In this document: positions 32,444 to 40,921 of the stretch, in pieces
Layout of the letters: each line of letters opens with the position of its first letter
Numbering within the stretch: position 1 is the first letter of the stretch
Assembly (NCBI GenBank): GCA_963663765.2
Contig: CAXXUA010000003.1
Location: 512,001-576,000 of the forward strand
DNA length: 64,000 nt
Direction: 5' to 3'
From: Candidatus Poribacteria bacterium
Lineage (GTDB): Bacteria; Poribacteria; WGA-4E; WGA-3G
The notes under the pieces: generated by a model
What the model saw: the letters and a program-made list of their open reading frames with translations, nothing else
The model's database searches: none
Told to the model about the DNA's origin: nothing
Program-made: the position numbers and the translations under genes

Positions 32444-33220
32444 ATGAAAAAAATAACTTTATTTTTATCCCTAACAATTCTTATCCAATGCACTATTATT
32501 ACCGCACATGCCGGAAAACTGGGATTAGTCAGCGCATGGCTTTTTGAAGAAAGAAACGGAACAGTAGCTAAAGATGTCGTCGGCAAGAATGATGGGGAAA
32601 TAATAGGAAAATTAAGCTGGTTTACTTACGGAAAATTTGGAAGATGTCTGAGATTCTTAGGTAACGCTGATAGTTACCTACGCATTCCTCACAATGATGT
32701 ATTCAACGCAGACCCCTACACATTCGTCGCTTGGGTCAAGTTAAAACCTGAATCATGGCAATATATCATCTGGAGAAACGGAGATGTGTGGCCCGAGCCC
32801 AAAGAAAATCGCCACATAGATATATGGATACACGCCGATGGATTTCCAGTTTTCATGTGGACCGCTGGTAACAATAGTGGTCAAATTGATGGAAAAACCA
32901 TTATCACTGATGATAAATGGCATCATATCGCTAAAGTCTATGATGGAAATAGTATAAAAATGTTCATTGATGGAATACTGGATACTGAAATGTCAAGTCA
33001 AGGCACACTGGATACAAATGAATCACCCATCTGGTTAGGTGCCAACCCTAACAACATCGCTGCAACCGGACTCTTCGACGAAGTCGGTTTCTTTACAAAT
33101 GTACTTACAAAGAATGAAATTAACGATGTCATGTCTATTGGATTAGCAGATTACGCCACTGTGGAAGCAACAGGAAAAGTTACAACAACTTGGGGCACAT
33201 TAAAAGGAGAAACAAAATGA
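32444..33220 (+). CDS. Secreted LamG/concanavalin A-like domain protein
   Basis: Signal peptide; WLFEE, DDKWHHIA, FIDG; tail GKVTTTWGTLK. Confidence 0.85.
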   Translation: MKKITLFLSLTILIQCTIITAHAGKLGLVSAWLFEERNGTVAKDVVGKNDGEIIGKLSWFTYGKFGRCLRFLGNADSYLRIPHNDVFNADPYTFVAWVKLKPESWQYIIWRNGDVWPEPKENRHIDIWIHADGFPVFMWTAGNNSGQIDGKTIITDDKWHHIAKVYDGNSIKMFIDGILDTEMSSQGTLDTNESPIWLGANPNNIAATGLFDEVGFFTNVLTKNEINDVMSIGLADYATVEATGKVTTTWGTLKGETK

Positions 33221-33984
33221 AAACAACTATAATTAGTTTGACAATACTTGTCATCATCGCAACTTCTTATGCACACGCAGTAAAACTTGGATTAGCAAGC
33301 GCATGGTTATTTGAAGAAAATGGTGGAAATGTTGTCAAAGACATTGTCAGTGGTCACGATGGTGATATCAACGGGTCTTTGACATGGGTCAATGACGGTA
33401 AATTCGGCAAAGCTTTGGACTTCCCTGGACAGGGTGATAGTTATGTCCGTATACCTCATAACGATGTATTCAACGCTGACCCTTACACTTTTGTCGCATG
33501 GGTCAAGTTACAAGAAGCCTCATGGCAGTATGTTGTCTGGCGGAATGGTGATGTTTGGCCCGAACCAAAAAACGTACGCCATCTCGATATCTGGATTCAT
33601 GAAAATGACTTTCCAGTCTTTATGTGGCACGCCAACGGTGTAGAAGGACGAATTGAAGGTAGTACGATCGTTGCTGATGGTGATTGGCATCACATCGCCA
33701 AAGTTTATGATGGGCAAAATGTGCAAATGTTTATTGATGGAAAATTAGAAGGTGAAAGTCCGAGTGGTGGAACACTTGACACTAGTGAATCACCAATTTG
33801 GATCGGGGCACGTCCCGGTCCCGTCGCCGCAACTGGTCTCTTTGACGAAGTCGGTTTTTTTACACAAGCACTAACTCATGATGAAATCAACGACGTAATG
33901 TCTATCGGATTAGCAGAATACGCCGCTGTAGAAGCAACAGGAAAAGCAACAACAACTTGGGGATTACTAAAGTCTAAAAAGTAA
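33217..33984 (+). CDS. Secreted LamG domain protein (tandem paralog)
   Basis: ATGA overlap and RBS AAGGAG; strongly similar to the upstream gene. Confidence 0.87.
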   Translation: MKTTIISLTILVIIATSYAHAVKLGLASAWLFEENGGNVVKDIVSGHDGDINGSLTWVNDGKFGKALDFPGQGDSYVRIPHNDVFNADPYTFVAWVKLQEASWQYVVWRNGDVWPEPKNVRHLDIWIHENDFPVFMWHANGVEGRIEGSTIVADGDWHHIAKVYDGQNVQMFIDGKLEGESPSGGTLDTSESPIWIGARPGPVAATGLFDEVGFFTQALTHDEINDVMSIGLAEYAAVEATGKATTTWGLLKSKK

Positions 33985-34032
33985 TAGTCGCACGCACTAC
34001 GCGTGCATAAACAGAAATGGAGAATACGTTCT

Positions 34033-35451
34033 ATGCAAATGCATGTTGGTGGAAAATGGATTGACAAGTCAAATAAAATTGATGTCTTAAGTCCTTTTGA
34101 CGGTTCAGTTGTTGACACCGTTCCAAAAGGAGACGCAAGCGACGTTGAAACCGCTATTCAGACCGCAGAACGCGGCGCAAAGATCATGGCAGACCTAACT
34201 GGTTATGAACGTTATGAAATCTTACGAAAAGTCGCTGATTTGATGGTGGAAAAAGCAGGTGAATTGGCAGAAGTTATCACCCGTGAAGAAGGAAAAATAA
34301 TAGCCGAGGCAACCGGCGAAGCAACACGCGCTTCAGAAATCATCGCACTCTCTGCTGAGGAAGCAAAACGTCTAACAGGTGAAACAATCCCACTTGAAGG
34401 GGCACCTGGCGTAAAAAACAAACTTGGGTTCACTGTACGCGTACCTTGCGGTATCGTTGCTGGAATTAGTCCTTTCAACTTTCCACTACACCTTGTATGC
34501 CACAAAGCAGGTCCAGCAATTGCCGGTGGAAACGCTATCATCATCAAACCCGCAACGGATACACCCCTCTCTGCACTAAAATTAGTTGAACTCTTCTTAG
34601 AAGCAGGCACACCACCAGAAGCAATTCAGTGTGTTACAGGTCCAGGTGGTGAAATCGGTGATACACTCTGTGCAGACCGGCGCGTCAGAAAAATCACTTT
34701 CACTGGCAGCCGGGATGTCGGAGAACACATCTGTAAAGTTGCAGGATTAAAACGGGTCACTATGGAACTCGGCTCCAACTCGCCCCTCATCGTTATGCCC
34801 GATGCGGACCCAGAGAAGGTCGCACGTGCTGCAGCCGCATCAGGTTATTCCAACGCTGGACAAGTCTGTATCTCAACGCAACGTGTCATCGCTCACGAAA
34901 AAATATATGCGGATTTCTTGGATGCGTTCAAAGCAGAAGTTTCACAAATAGGCATCGGTAACCCACTGGAAGACGGAGTCCGTATGGGACCGATGATTAG
35001 AGAAGGAGACGCAACACGTGTCACCGAATGGATTAACGAAGCAGTATCAGATGGTGCAGAACTCCTCATGGGAGGCGAAAAACATGACCAGTTTGTCACA
35101 CCTGCAATCCTCGCAAACGTCAAACCTGAGATGAAAATCTCTTGTGATGAAATCTTCGGGCCCGCTGTCGGTGTGACGCGTGTCAACGACATTGACGAAG
35201 CAATTGCACTCGCAAACGACACGAACTACGGCTTAAGTGCAGCCATCTTCACACAAAACATTGATTGGGCAATGCGGTTTGTCCGTGAAGTTGATTCTGG
35301 TAACCTCATGGTCAACTGGGGTACACAGTGGCGCGCAGACCTTATGCCTTATGGTGGTGTGAAAGAAAGCGGGATGGGAAAAGAAGGTCCAAAATACGCC
35401 ATTGAAGAAATGACTGAACTCAAAATGGCTGTCTTCCACTTGGATAATTAG
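34033..35451 (+). CDS. Aldehyde dehydrogenase family protein
   Basis: PFNFP, FTGS, MELGSN, GQVCIS, EIFGP, PYGGVKESG. Confidence 0.93.
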   Translation: MQMHVGGKWIDKSNKIDVLSPFDGSVVDTVPKGDASDVETAIQTAERGAKIMADLTGYERYEILRKVADLMVEKAGELAEVITREEGKIIAEATGEATRASEIIALSAEEAKRLTGETIPLEGAPGVKNKLGFTVRVPCGIVAGISPFNFPLHLVCHKAGPAIAGGNAIIIKPATDTPLSALKLVELFLEAGTPPEAIQCVTGPGGEIGDTLCADRRVRKITFTGSRDVGEHICKVAGLKRVTMELGSNSPLIVMPDADPEKVARAAAASGYSNAGQVCISTQRVIAHEKIYADFLDAFKAEVSQIGIGNPLEDGVRMGPMIREGDATRVTEWINEAVSDGAELLMGGEKHDQFVTPAILANVKPEMKISCDEIFGPAVGVTRVNDIDEAIALANDTNYGLSAAIFTQNIDWAMRFVREVDSGNLMVNWGTQWRADLMPYGGVKESGMGKEGPKYAIEEMTELKMAVFHLDN

Positions 35452-35473
35452 TAATGAGATATTTTGAATTTAA

Positions 35474-35506
35474 CACATTAGGTGCTTGATTCCAGCACCT
35501 AATGTG
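35474..35506 (+). terminator. Perfect 13-bp hairpin after the ALDH gene (possible terminator)
   Basis: CACATTAGGTGCT-7 nt-AGCACCTAATGTG; no clear U-tract. Confidence 0.45.
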
Positions 35507-35552
35507 ATAGGAAAACAGATTCTCCTTACAAGGTCTAATACCCAAATAACGT

Positions 35553-35921
35553 CAGGACTTACGCAGTTTTCATGATCCAATCAAGAATTAAGACGAAAAC
35601 GATGTAATTTTCAGCATTTTTTTGGTTTCCGGCGCGCTTACAAAGCACGTCTACCATTGGGGGCGCGCATACAAAGCACCAAATCAACGGTATGAATGCC
35701 ATTTAGGCATTCCCCGCCTACCATTGGGGGCGCGCTTACAAAGCACCAAATCAACGGTATGAATGCCATTTAGGCATTCCCCGCCTACCATTGGGGGCGC
35801 GCTTACAAAGCACGCCTACCATTGGGGCGCGCTTACAAAGCATCAAATCAAGAAATCAAGAAATCAACGGTATGAATGCCATTTTGGCATTCCCCGCCTA
35901 CCGTTTAATGCGTAAGTCCTG
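35553..35921. mobile_element. MITE family T3 with amplified REP units, three of them carrying the micro-element
   Basis: Perfect TIRs; 5-bp TSD AACGT. Confidence 0.88.
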
Positions 35922-35961
35922 AACGTAATCCGTTTTGGTAGGTGAGGTATCCTAACCGTAA

Positions 35962-36138
35962 TAAAAGTGTCAATTTAAGAAAAAAGTGTTGGTGTTTCTA
36001 TTGTGGGAGGGGTTTTCAACCCCGATTTGAGAGGAAAAGCGCATAAAATCCAAATCAACGTCAGAAGCGCGTTTGGCTTCTGTCGGGGTTGAAAACCCCT
36101 CCCACAATACGTCAAAATACTTAAATTGACGCTTATGG
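35962..36138. mobile_element. MITE family T7 (GTCAATTTAAG ends) with GTGGGAGGGGTTTTCAACCCC doublet
   Basis: Homologous to 30647-30789. Confidence 0.65.
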
Positions 36139-36250
36139 TGTGGTTACCTAACCGCATTTGTCTTCAACAGAACAAGGTAAATCCTGTTAATATGATATGA
36201 TAGGATAGGATCACTTCAAATTAGTTTTGTTCTATCGTTCGGGATCTTTT

Positions 36251-36400
36251 TCAGTCTTGGTCTTTCTCACGATTACCGATTAACTTATCCAAATGATCGC
36301 TAATCTCACCAATCGTCTTATATATTCGGTCTAACGCTAATGTAATACCGAGCAATCCCATTGAAAGCACTACAATTCCAATACCAACTACAATTTCCAT
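36251..36400 (-). CDS. 49-aa single-TM small protein (absent from the ORF track)
   Basis: MEIVVGIGIVVLSMGLLGITLALDRIYK...; AAGGAG upstream. Confidence 0.5.
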   Translation of the reverse strand: MEIVVGIGIVVLSMGLLGITLALDRIYKTIGEISDHLDKLIGNREKDQD

Positions 36401-36435
36401 TTCAACACATTACTCCTTACTGATGAAAACTCTCA

Positions 36436-36648
36436 CAGGACTTACGCAGTTTTCATGATTTAATGAAGAATTATGACAAAAATGGTGTAATTTTCAGCAT
36501 TTGTTCGGTTTCCAGCGCGCTTACAAAGCGCGCCTACCGTTAGGTGCGTAATACCGAATTAACGTGAGTCGTCTTGCTAAGTGTGCGGTTAGGAAACCGC
36601 ACCTACCGTTGGAAAAAGATAAATTACGTTAATTTGGTATAAGTCCTG
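36436..36648. mobile_element. MITE family T3 with an 88-bp element (36552-36639) inserted in its right TIR
   Basis: 5-bp TSD TCTCA; inner element has TACC/GGTA ends and a TAA duplication. Confidence 0.85.
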
Positions 36649-36662
36649 TCTCAAATTGATGT

Positions 36663-37469
36663 TTACCACTGCACTTGACAGAATTCCTCGTAATCAATTA
36701 GTTCCGTTATCGTCCGATTCTCACCACACATTGCACAATCATCTTGTTGACGGAGTTTCAGTCGTTTGAAGTCCATTGACAAAGCGTTAAAAAGAAGGAG
36801 GGTACCAATCAAAGATTCACCAATGTCAAGCAGGATTTTTATTGCTTCAACAGCTTGAATTGTACCGATGATACCGGGTAACACACCGAACACACCAGCC
36901 TCTTGACAGTTTGGCACCATGCCTGGTGGTGGCGGTTCAGAAAATATGCAGCGATAACACGGCCCCTTCCCAGGATAAAGCACGGTGACTTGTCCCTCAA
37001 ACTGAGAAATGCTACCATGCACAATCGGCTTACCAAGCATCACGCACGCATCGTTCAGCAGATAACGTGTAGGAAAATTGTCACATCCATCCACAATCAG
37101 ATCGTACTGTTCCAGCAACGTAAAAGCATTCTCAGAACTGATACGATCATTGTGCGGGATAACCTTTACATCCGGATTCATCTCAGCAATCGTTGCTGCT
37201 GCAGACTTCGTTTTTGGTATACCGATATCACTTGTACCATGCAGTATCTGACGTTGTAGATTGCTGAGGTCAACCACATCGTCATCCACAATACCGAGTG
37301 TGCCAACTCCCGCGGCAGCAAGGTAAACACCGATAGGCGAACCGAGACCTCCTGCACCAATTAGCAACACTTTGGACTCAAGCAGCTTCGTCTGCCCCAT
37401 GCCACCGACTTCATCAAGAATAATATGGCGACTATATCGCTCAATCTGTTCGTTGGTAAAATTATACAT
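36663..37469 (-). CDS. moeB: MoeB/ThiF-family adenylyltransferase (no rhodanese domain)
   Basis: ERYSRHI, GAGGLG, SNLQRQ, DGCDNF, CYRC, CAMCG. Confidence 0.88.
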   Translation of the reverse strand: MYNFTNEQIERYSRHIILDEVGGMGQTKLLESKVLLIGAGGLGSPIGVYLAAAGVGTLGIVDDDVVDLSNLQRQILHGTSDIGIPKTKSAAATIAEMNPDVKVIPHNDRISSENAFTLLEQYDLIVDGCDNFPTRYLLNDACVMLGKPIVHGSISQFEGQVTVLYPGKGPCYRCIFSEPPPPGMVPNCQEAGVFGVLPGIIGTIQAVEAIKILLDIGESLIGTLLLFNALSMDFKRLKLRQQDDCAMCGENRTITELIDYEEFCQVQW

Positions 37470-37470
37470 A

Positions 37471-38049
37471 CTATCCTCTAAGATTGGAGAGAAGTTCTGA
37501 AATCGGCTTTTCGGAATTCGCAGAGATTCGCACAGCAAAACGTTCACGCGCATCCTCTGAAGTGCGTTCTATCTTGAAACCATCATTACCATACATCTGT
37601 TGTAACATAGGTTCAAGGTCTGCCTGAATGGCTGCTGCAGTATCCGCAGTATTTGGAGCAAGGTTGCGATTGTTTATCATAAATAAAATGTCAGAAACAT
37701 TGAATTGGATAGCGTTTTCCAATTCCGCCGATGCTTCAAGAAGCTCACATTTTGATAGCACTTCCGTGAATGCTTGACGAATCTTCTCGGCATTTTCACC
37801 ATCCACTTCATGTTTCCGGTTGTAAAGAAATCCCGGTTCATGAAATGCGTTGTCAATGCTATAATTCGCTTGCTTCAAAATCAATAACACACCCGGACCA
37901 GCATCCACATGCGAATAGTCCGCATAGTTCAAATAATCATCAGAATCTGCCTCCTCCATCCAGCGGTTGAAGACTTTGATGAAGTTCGTATAGTTGACCG
38001 TACTATCTTCGGTCACAAAAACCTTAATATTTATCTGCTGTAAATCCAT
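37471..38049 (-). CDS. Hypothetical protein, closely linked to moeB
   Basis: 192-aa ORF with ADYSHVDAGPGVLLI motif; stop 1 nt before the moeB ATG. Confidence 0.75.
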   Translation of the reverse strand: MDLQQINIKVFVTEDSTVNYTNFIKVFNRWMEEADSDDYLNYADYSHVDAGPGVLLILKQANYSIDNAFHEPGFLYNRKHEVDGENAEKIRQAFTEVLSKCELLEASAELENAIQFNVSDILFMINNRNLAPNTADTAAAIQADLEPMLQQMYGNDGFKIERTSEDARERFAVRISANSEKPISELLSNLRG

Positions 38050-38121
38050 TCGATGAAACGTTCCTTTCGTGAAAAGACTGTTAGATAGAGGAGCCTACCT
38101 GGGGTAAAAAATAAGAATCAA

Positions 38122-38367
38122 TCATGCAAGCGATAATTCACTAACGTTTTGTCCATCAACACTTACAACGGTAACATCCTCCGCATCTATCCAAAAAACC
38201 TTACCCGCACTATCGCATACACAAACCATAGCATATTGTCCTTCGTCTACTTCAGCCATCAAATTCCCTAAAAAGAAATGGGGTTTTTTGGACTGAAATG
38301 CACCGAATCCTGTACCGAGTAAGCAATAAGTTTTGCTTGTCGTGTCATGTCTTACAATCGTTGCCAT
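38122..38367 (-). CDS. Small hypothetical protein
   Basis: RBS AAGGA; 81 aa. Confidence 0.7.
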   Translation of the reverse strand: MATIVRHDTTSKTYCLLGTGFGAFQSKKPHFFLGNLMAEVDEGQYAMVCVCDSAGKVFWIDAEDVTVVSVDGQNVSELSLA

Positions 38368-38400
38368 ATATATTCCTTTAAGTATTATTTTCTAAGGTAT

Positions 38401-38700
38401 TTAACTTGGAACCCATATCTTTTTCGCTTGTACTACTTCAGCATCGGACGGTAACTTAATGGGTACTTCCGATTTACAATAGAAGTGCAGCCCCTTGTAG
38501 TTCGTAAGGTACTGATGGTTTTTTGTAAAAACACCACCCAATGCTGTCACAACAAGTGGTGCTTCACTCTTTGACATAATTTTCATAAACTCCTCTGGTT
38601 CAAGCCGAATGATTGCTCCAGAGGCTTTGATAGCCTGTACAATCGCTGCGGCAGCAGCCGTTGAACCACCCGCAGCAACACCTGCTTCTGCACCTGTCAT
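38401..38700 (-). CDS. Small hypothetical protein
   Basis: Likely ATG at 38700; Ala-rich N-terminus followed by AIKASGAII...YLTNYKGLHFY. Confidence 0.7.
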   Translation of the reverse strand: MTGAEAGVAAGGSTAAAAAIVQAIKASGAIIRLEPEEFMKIMSKSEAPLVVTALGGVFTKNHQYLTNYKGLHFYCKSEVPIKLPSDAEVVQAKKIWVPS

Positions 38701-38842
38701 GAGTATACACCCCACTGTTATGCTATAAGTTATTACATAGGCAAAAACAACATCACACTCTGATTCTTTATTATAATGCAAGTTGATAGTTAAGTCAATT
38801 CTTATTTCTCATCACTTCCCTATTCAATACATCTTAAAATAT

Positions 38843-38961
38843 CAGGGTTATTCAGTTTTAGGTAATTTAGCTGTTTCGTGAGAAAATCGCGGCCGGGAGG
38901 TCGCTCCTACCGGGTGGTTATTTTTTTAAAATTCAATTATTAGGAAAACTGAATAACCTTG
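38843..38961. mobile_element. MITE family T1, short 119-bp form with one REP
   Basis: TIRs; perfect 9-bp TSD TTAAAATAT. Confidence 0.9.
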
Positions 38962-39031
38962 TTAAAATATTGATAAAAAACACATATTTTGCTAAATTAA
39001 ACCATCACACATTTTCAAAAAGGAGCAATGT

Positions 39032-40072
39032 ATGTTAAATTGGGGAGTTATAGGAGCAGGTGGCATCGCTTACGTATTCTGTAACGGAATGCGTTTTACC
39101 GACACAGGTCAAATCTGCGCAATGGCAAGCCGCACAAAAAATAAGGCAGACAGATTCGTCAATGACTTTGAAATTCCACGCCAATACAGTACCTACGAAG
39201 AACTCTTAGCAGACGACGAAATTGACGCAGTTTATATCGCTACAATACACCCACTCCACGCGGAGTTGGCAATCAAAGCTGCCAAAGCAAAGAAACATAT
39301 TCTGGTAGAAAAACCGATCAGTATGAGTCACACCGAAGCAACAGCAATGGTTGACGCTGCCCGTGAAAATGACGTATTTCTGATGGAGGCATTTATGTAC
39401 CGTTGCCACCCGCAAATACAGCGCATGGTGGAACTCATACAAGATGGAGAAATCGGGGAAGTCCGCTATATCCGATCTACATTCGGATTTCAATCTAACT
39501 TCAATCCACAAAGCCGTCTTTTCAATCGTGAAATGGGAGGTGGTGGTATCCTGGACATCGGATGTTATACTGCATCAATGGCACGAAAAGTCGCTGGGGC
39601 AGCCGCAGGTGAGTTGTTCTTAAATCCGATCTCGGTCAAAGCAAATGGAAAAGTAGGGCCCACAGGGGTTGACCATATCACAACCGCGACACTCAAATTT
39701 GAGAACGATATTATCGCTGAAATAGCAACTGCAGTGGAGTGTAACCTCGGCAGCAGCACTACCATCATCGGTTCTGGTGGAACGATAACGATCCCAAATC
39801 CATGGCTACCATCATCACCATGCCGCGGCGCACGTAAACCTTTGCCACCAGATACAACTATTCCACCAAGTCAAATAGTCCTAAACTCCTATCAACGTAG
39901 AGAAACAACCGAGATCACCATTGAAGCAGACAGAGACCTCTTTACCTACGAAGCAGACATGGTCGCGAACCATATCTCACAACGACAAGCACCGGCAATG
40001 TCATGGGACGACACACTCGGAAATATGCTACTATTAGACAAATGGCGTGACGAAATCGGTGTTGCGTATTGA
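39032..40072 (+). CDS. Gfo/Idh/MocA-family oxidoreductase
   Basis: WGVIGAGGIA, HILVEKP, GGGILDIGCY. Confidence 0.92.
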   Translation: MLNWGVIGAGGIAYVFCNGMRFTDTGQICAMASRTKNKADRFVNDFEIPRQYSTYEELLADDEIDAVYIATIHPLHAELAIKAAKAKKHILVEKPISMSHTEATAMVDAARENDVFLMEAFMYRCHPQIQRMVELIQDGEIGEVRYIRSTFGFQSNFNPQSRLFNREMGGGGILDIGCYTASMARKVAGAAAGELFLNPISVKANGKVGPTGVDHITTATLKFENDIIAEIATAVECNLGSSTTIIGSGGTITIPNPWLPSSPCRGARKPLPPDTTIPPSQIVLNSYQRRETTEITIEADRDLFTYEADMVANHISQRQAPAMSWDDTLGNMLLLDKWRDEIGVAY

Positions 40073-40117
40073 CATCGATAACAGTAAACCAAATCACAAC
40101 AAAACCGGAAAAATACT

Positions 40118-40891
40118 ATGCTACCAATATGTTACGACCCTTATGTAGGTACATTAGGAAGATTTTCACGTGCAGAAATCTTTGACCTCGTCGCTGATGC
40201 AGGATACGAAGGCATTAACATTCCTGTCAATACAGCTTTTCTCGGTAAACTTTCAACCGCAGAAATAAAGGACGCAGTGAAACTCGCTCAGAAGCACAAC
40301 CTCATCGCTCCCACAATAGGTTTTGGAAACCATATCTTGACAACACCTACGCAAAAAGATGCAGCACTAAAGCATTTTGCAACCGTGCTTGAAGTGGCAC
40401 GTCAGTTTAACGCAGAGATTATCGGTGTTTGGGTGAATCCATCACAAGGTGTGTCGCGTCAAGACTCTTTGGAAACACTTGCAGAGAACTTGTCTCAAAT
40501 GCTCCCACCATGTCAGGAACACAACATCAAAATTGCTCTTGAATTCCAAAAGGGATGTCCTCTTGATAACTATAGAGAAGCTGTTACATTTATTTCAGAT
40601 ACCGACTTACCTGTTTATTTGACATGCGACACCTACCATCTATTCAACGACGGTGCAGATCCGCATGCTGCAGCATTCACTATGCAGGAGTGTTTGGGAG
40701 ATGTTCATATATCAGGAAGCAATCGTAGTGAACCATGGAGCGGAATATTTGACTTTGAGACCTTCGCAAAAGGTTTGAAGGAGATCAACTATACAGGACC
40801 CTTGGTCATCCAGTATAAAATGGAAGATGTTGCAAGCATAAAACGTAGTTGTGAATTCACACAGCAGTTTCGCGAGATGATGCAATCATAA
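40118..40891 (+). CDS. Sugar phosphate isomerase/epimerase (xylose isomerase-like TIM barrel)
   Basis: AGYEGI, IALE, DTYH, VHIS, INYTGPL. Confidence 0.82.
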   Translation: MLPICYDPYVGTLGRFSRAEIFDLVADAGYEGINIPVNTAFLGKLSTAEIKDAVKLAQKHNLIAPTIGFGNHILTTPTQKDAALKHFATVLEVARQFNAEIIGVWVNPSQGVSRQDSLETLAENLSQMLPPCQEHNIKIALEFQKGCPLDNYREAVTFISDTDLPVYLTCDTYHLFNDGADPHAAAFTMQECLGDVHISGSNRSEPWSGIFDFETFAKGLKEINYTGPLVIQYKMEDVASIKRSCEFTQQFREMMQS

Positions 40892-40921
40892 ATCGTAAGA
40901 TTTTCTCGGTTCCTTCAATTG

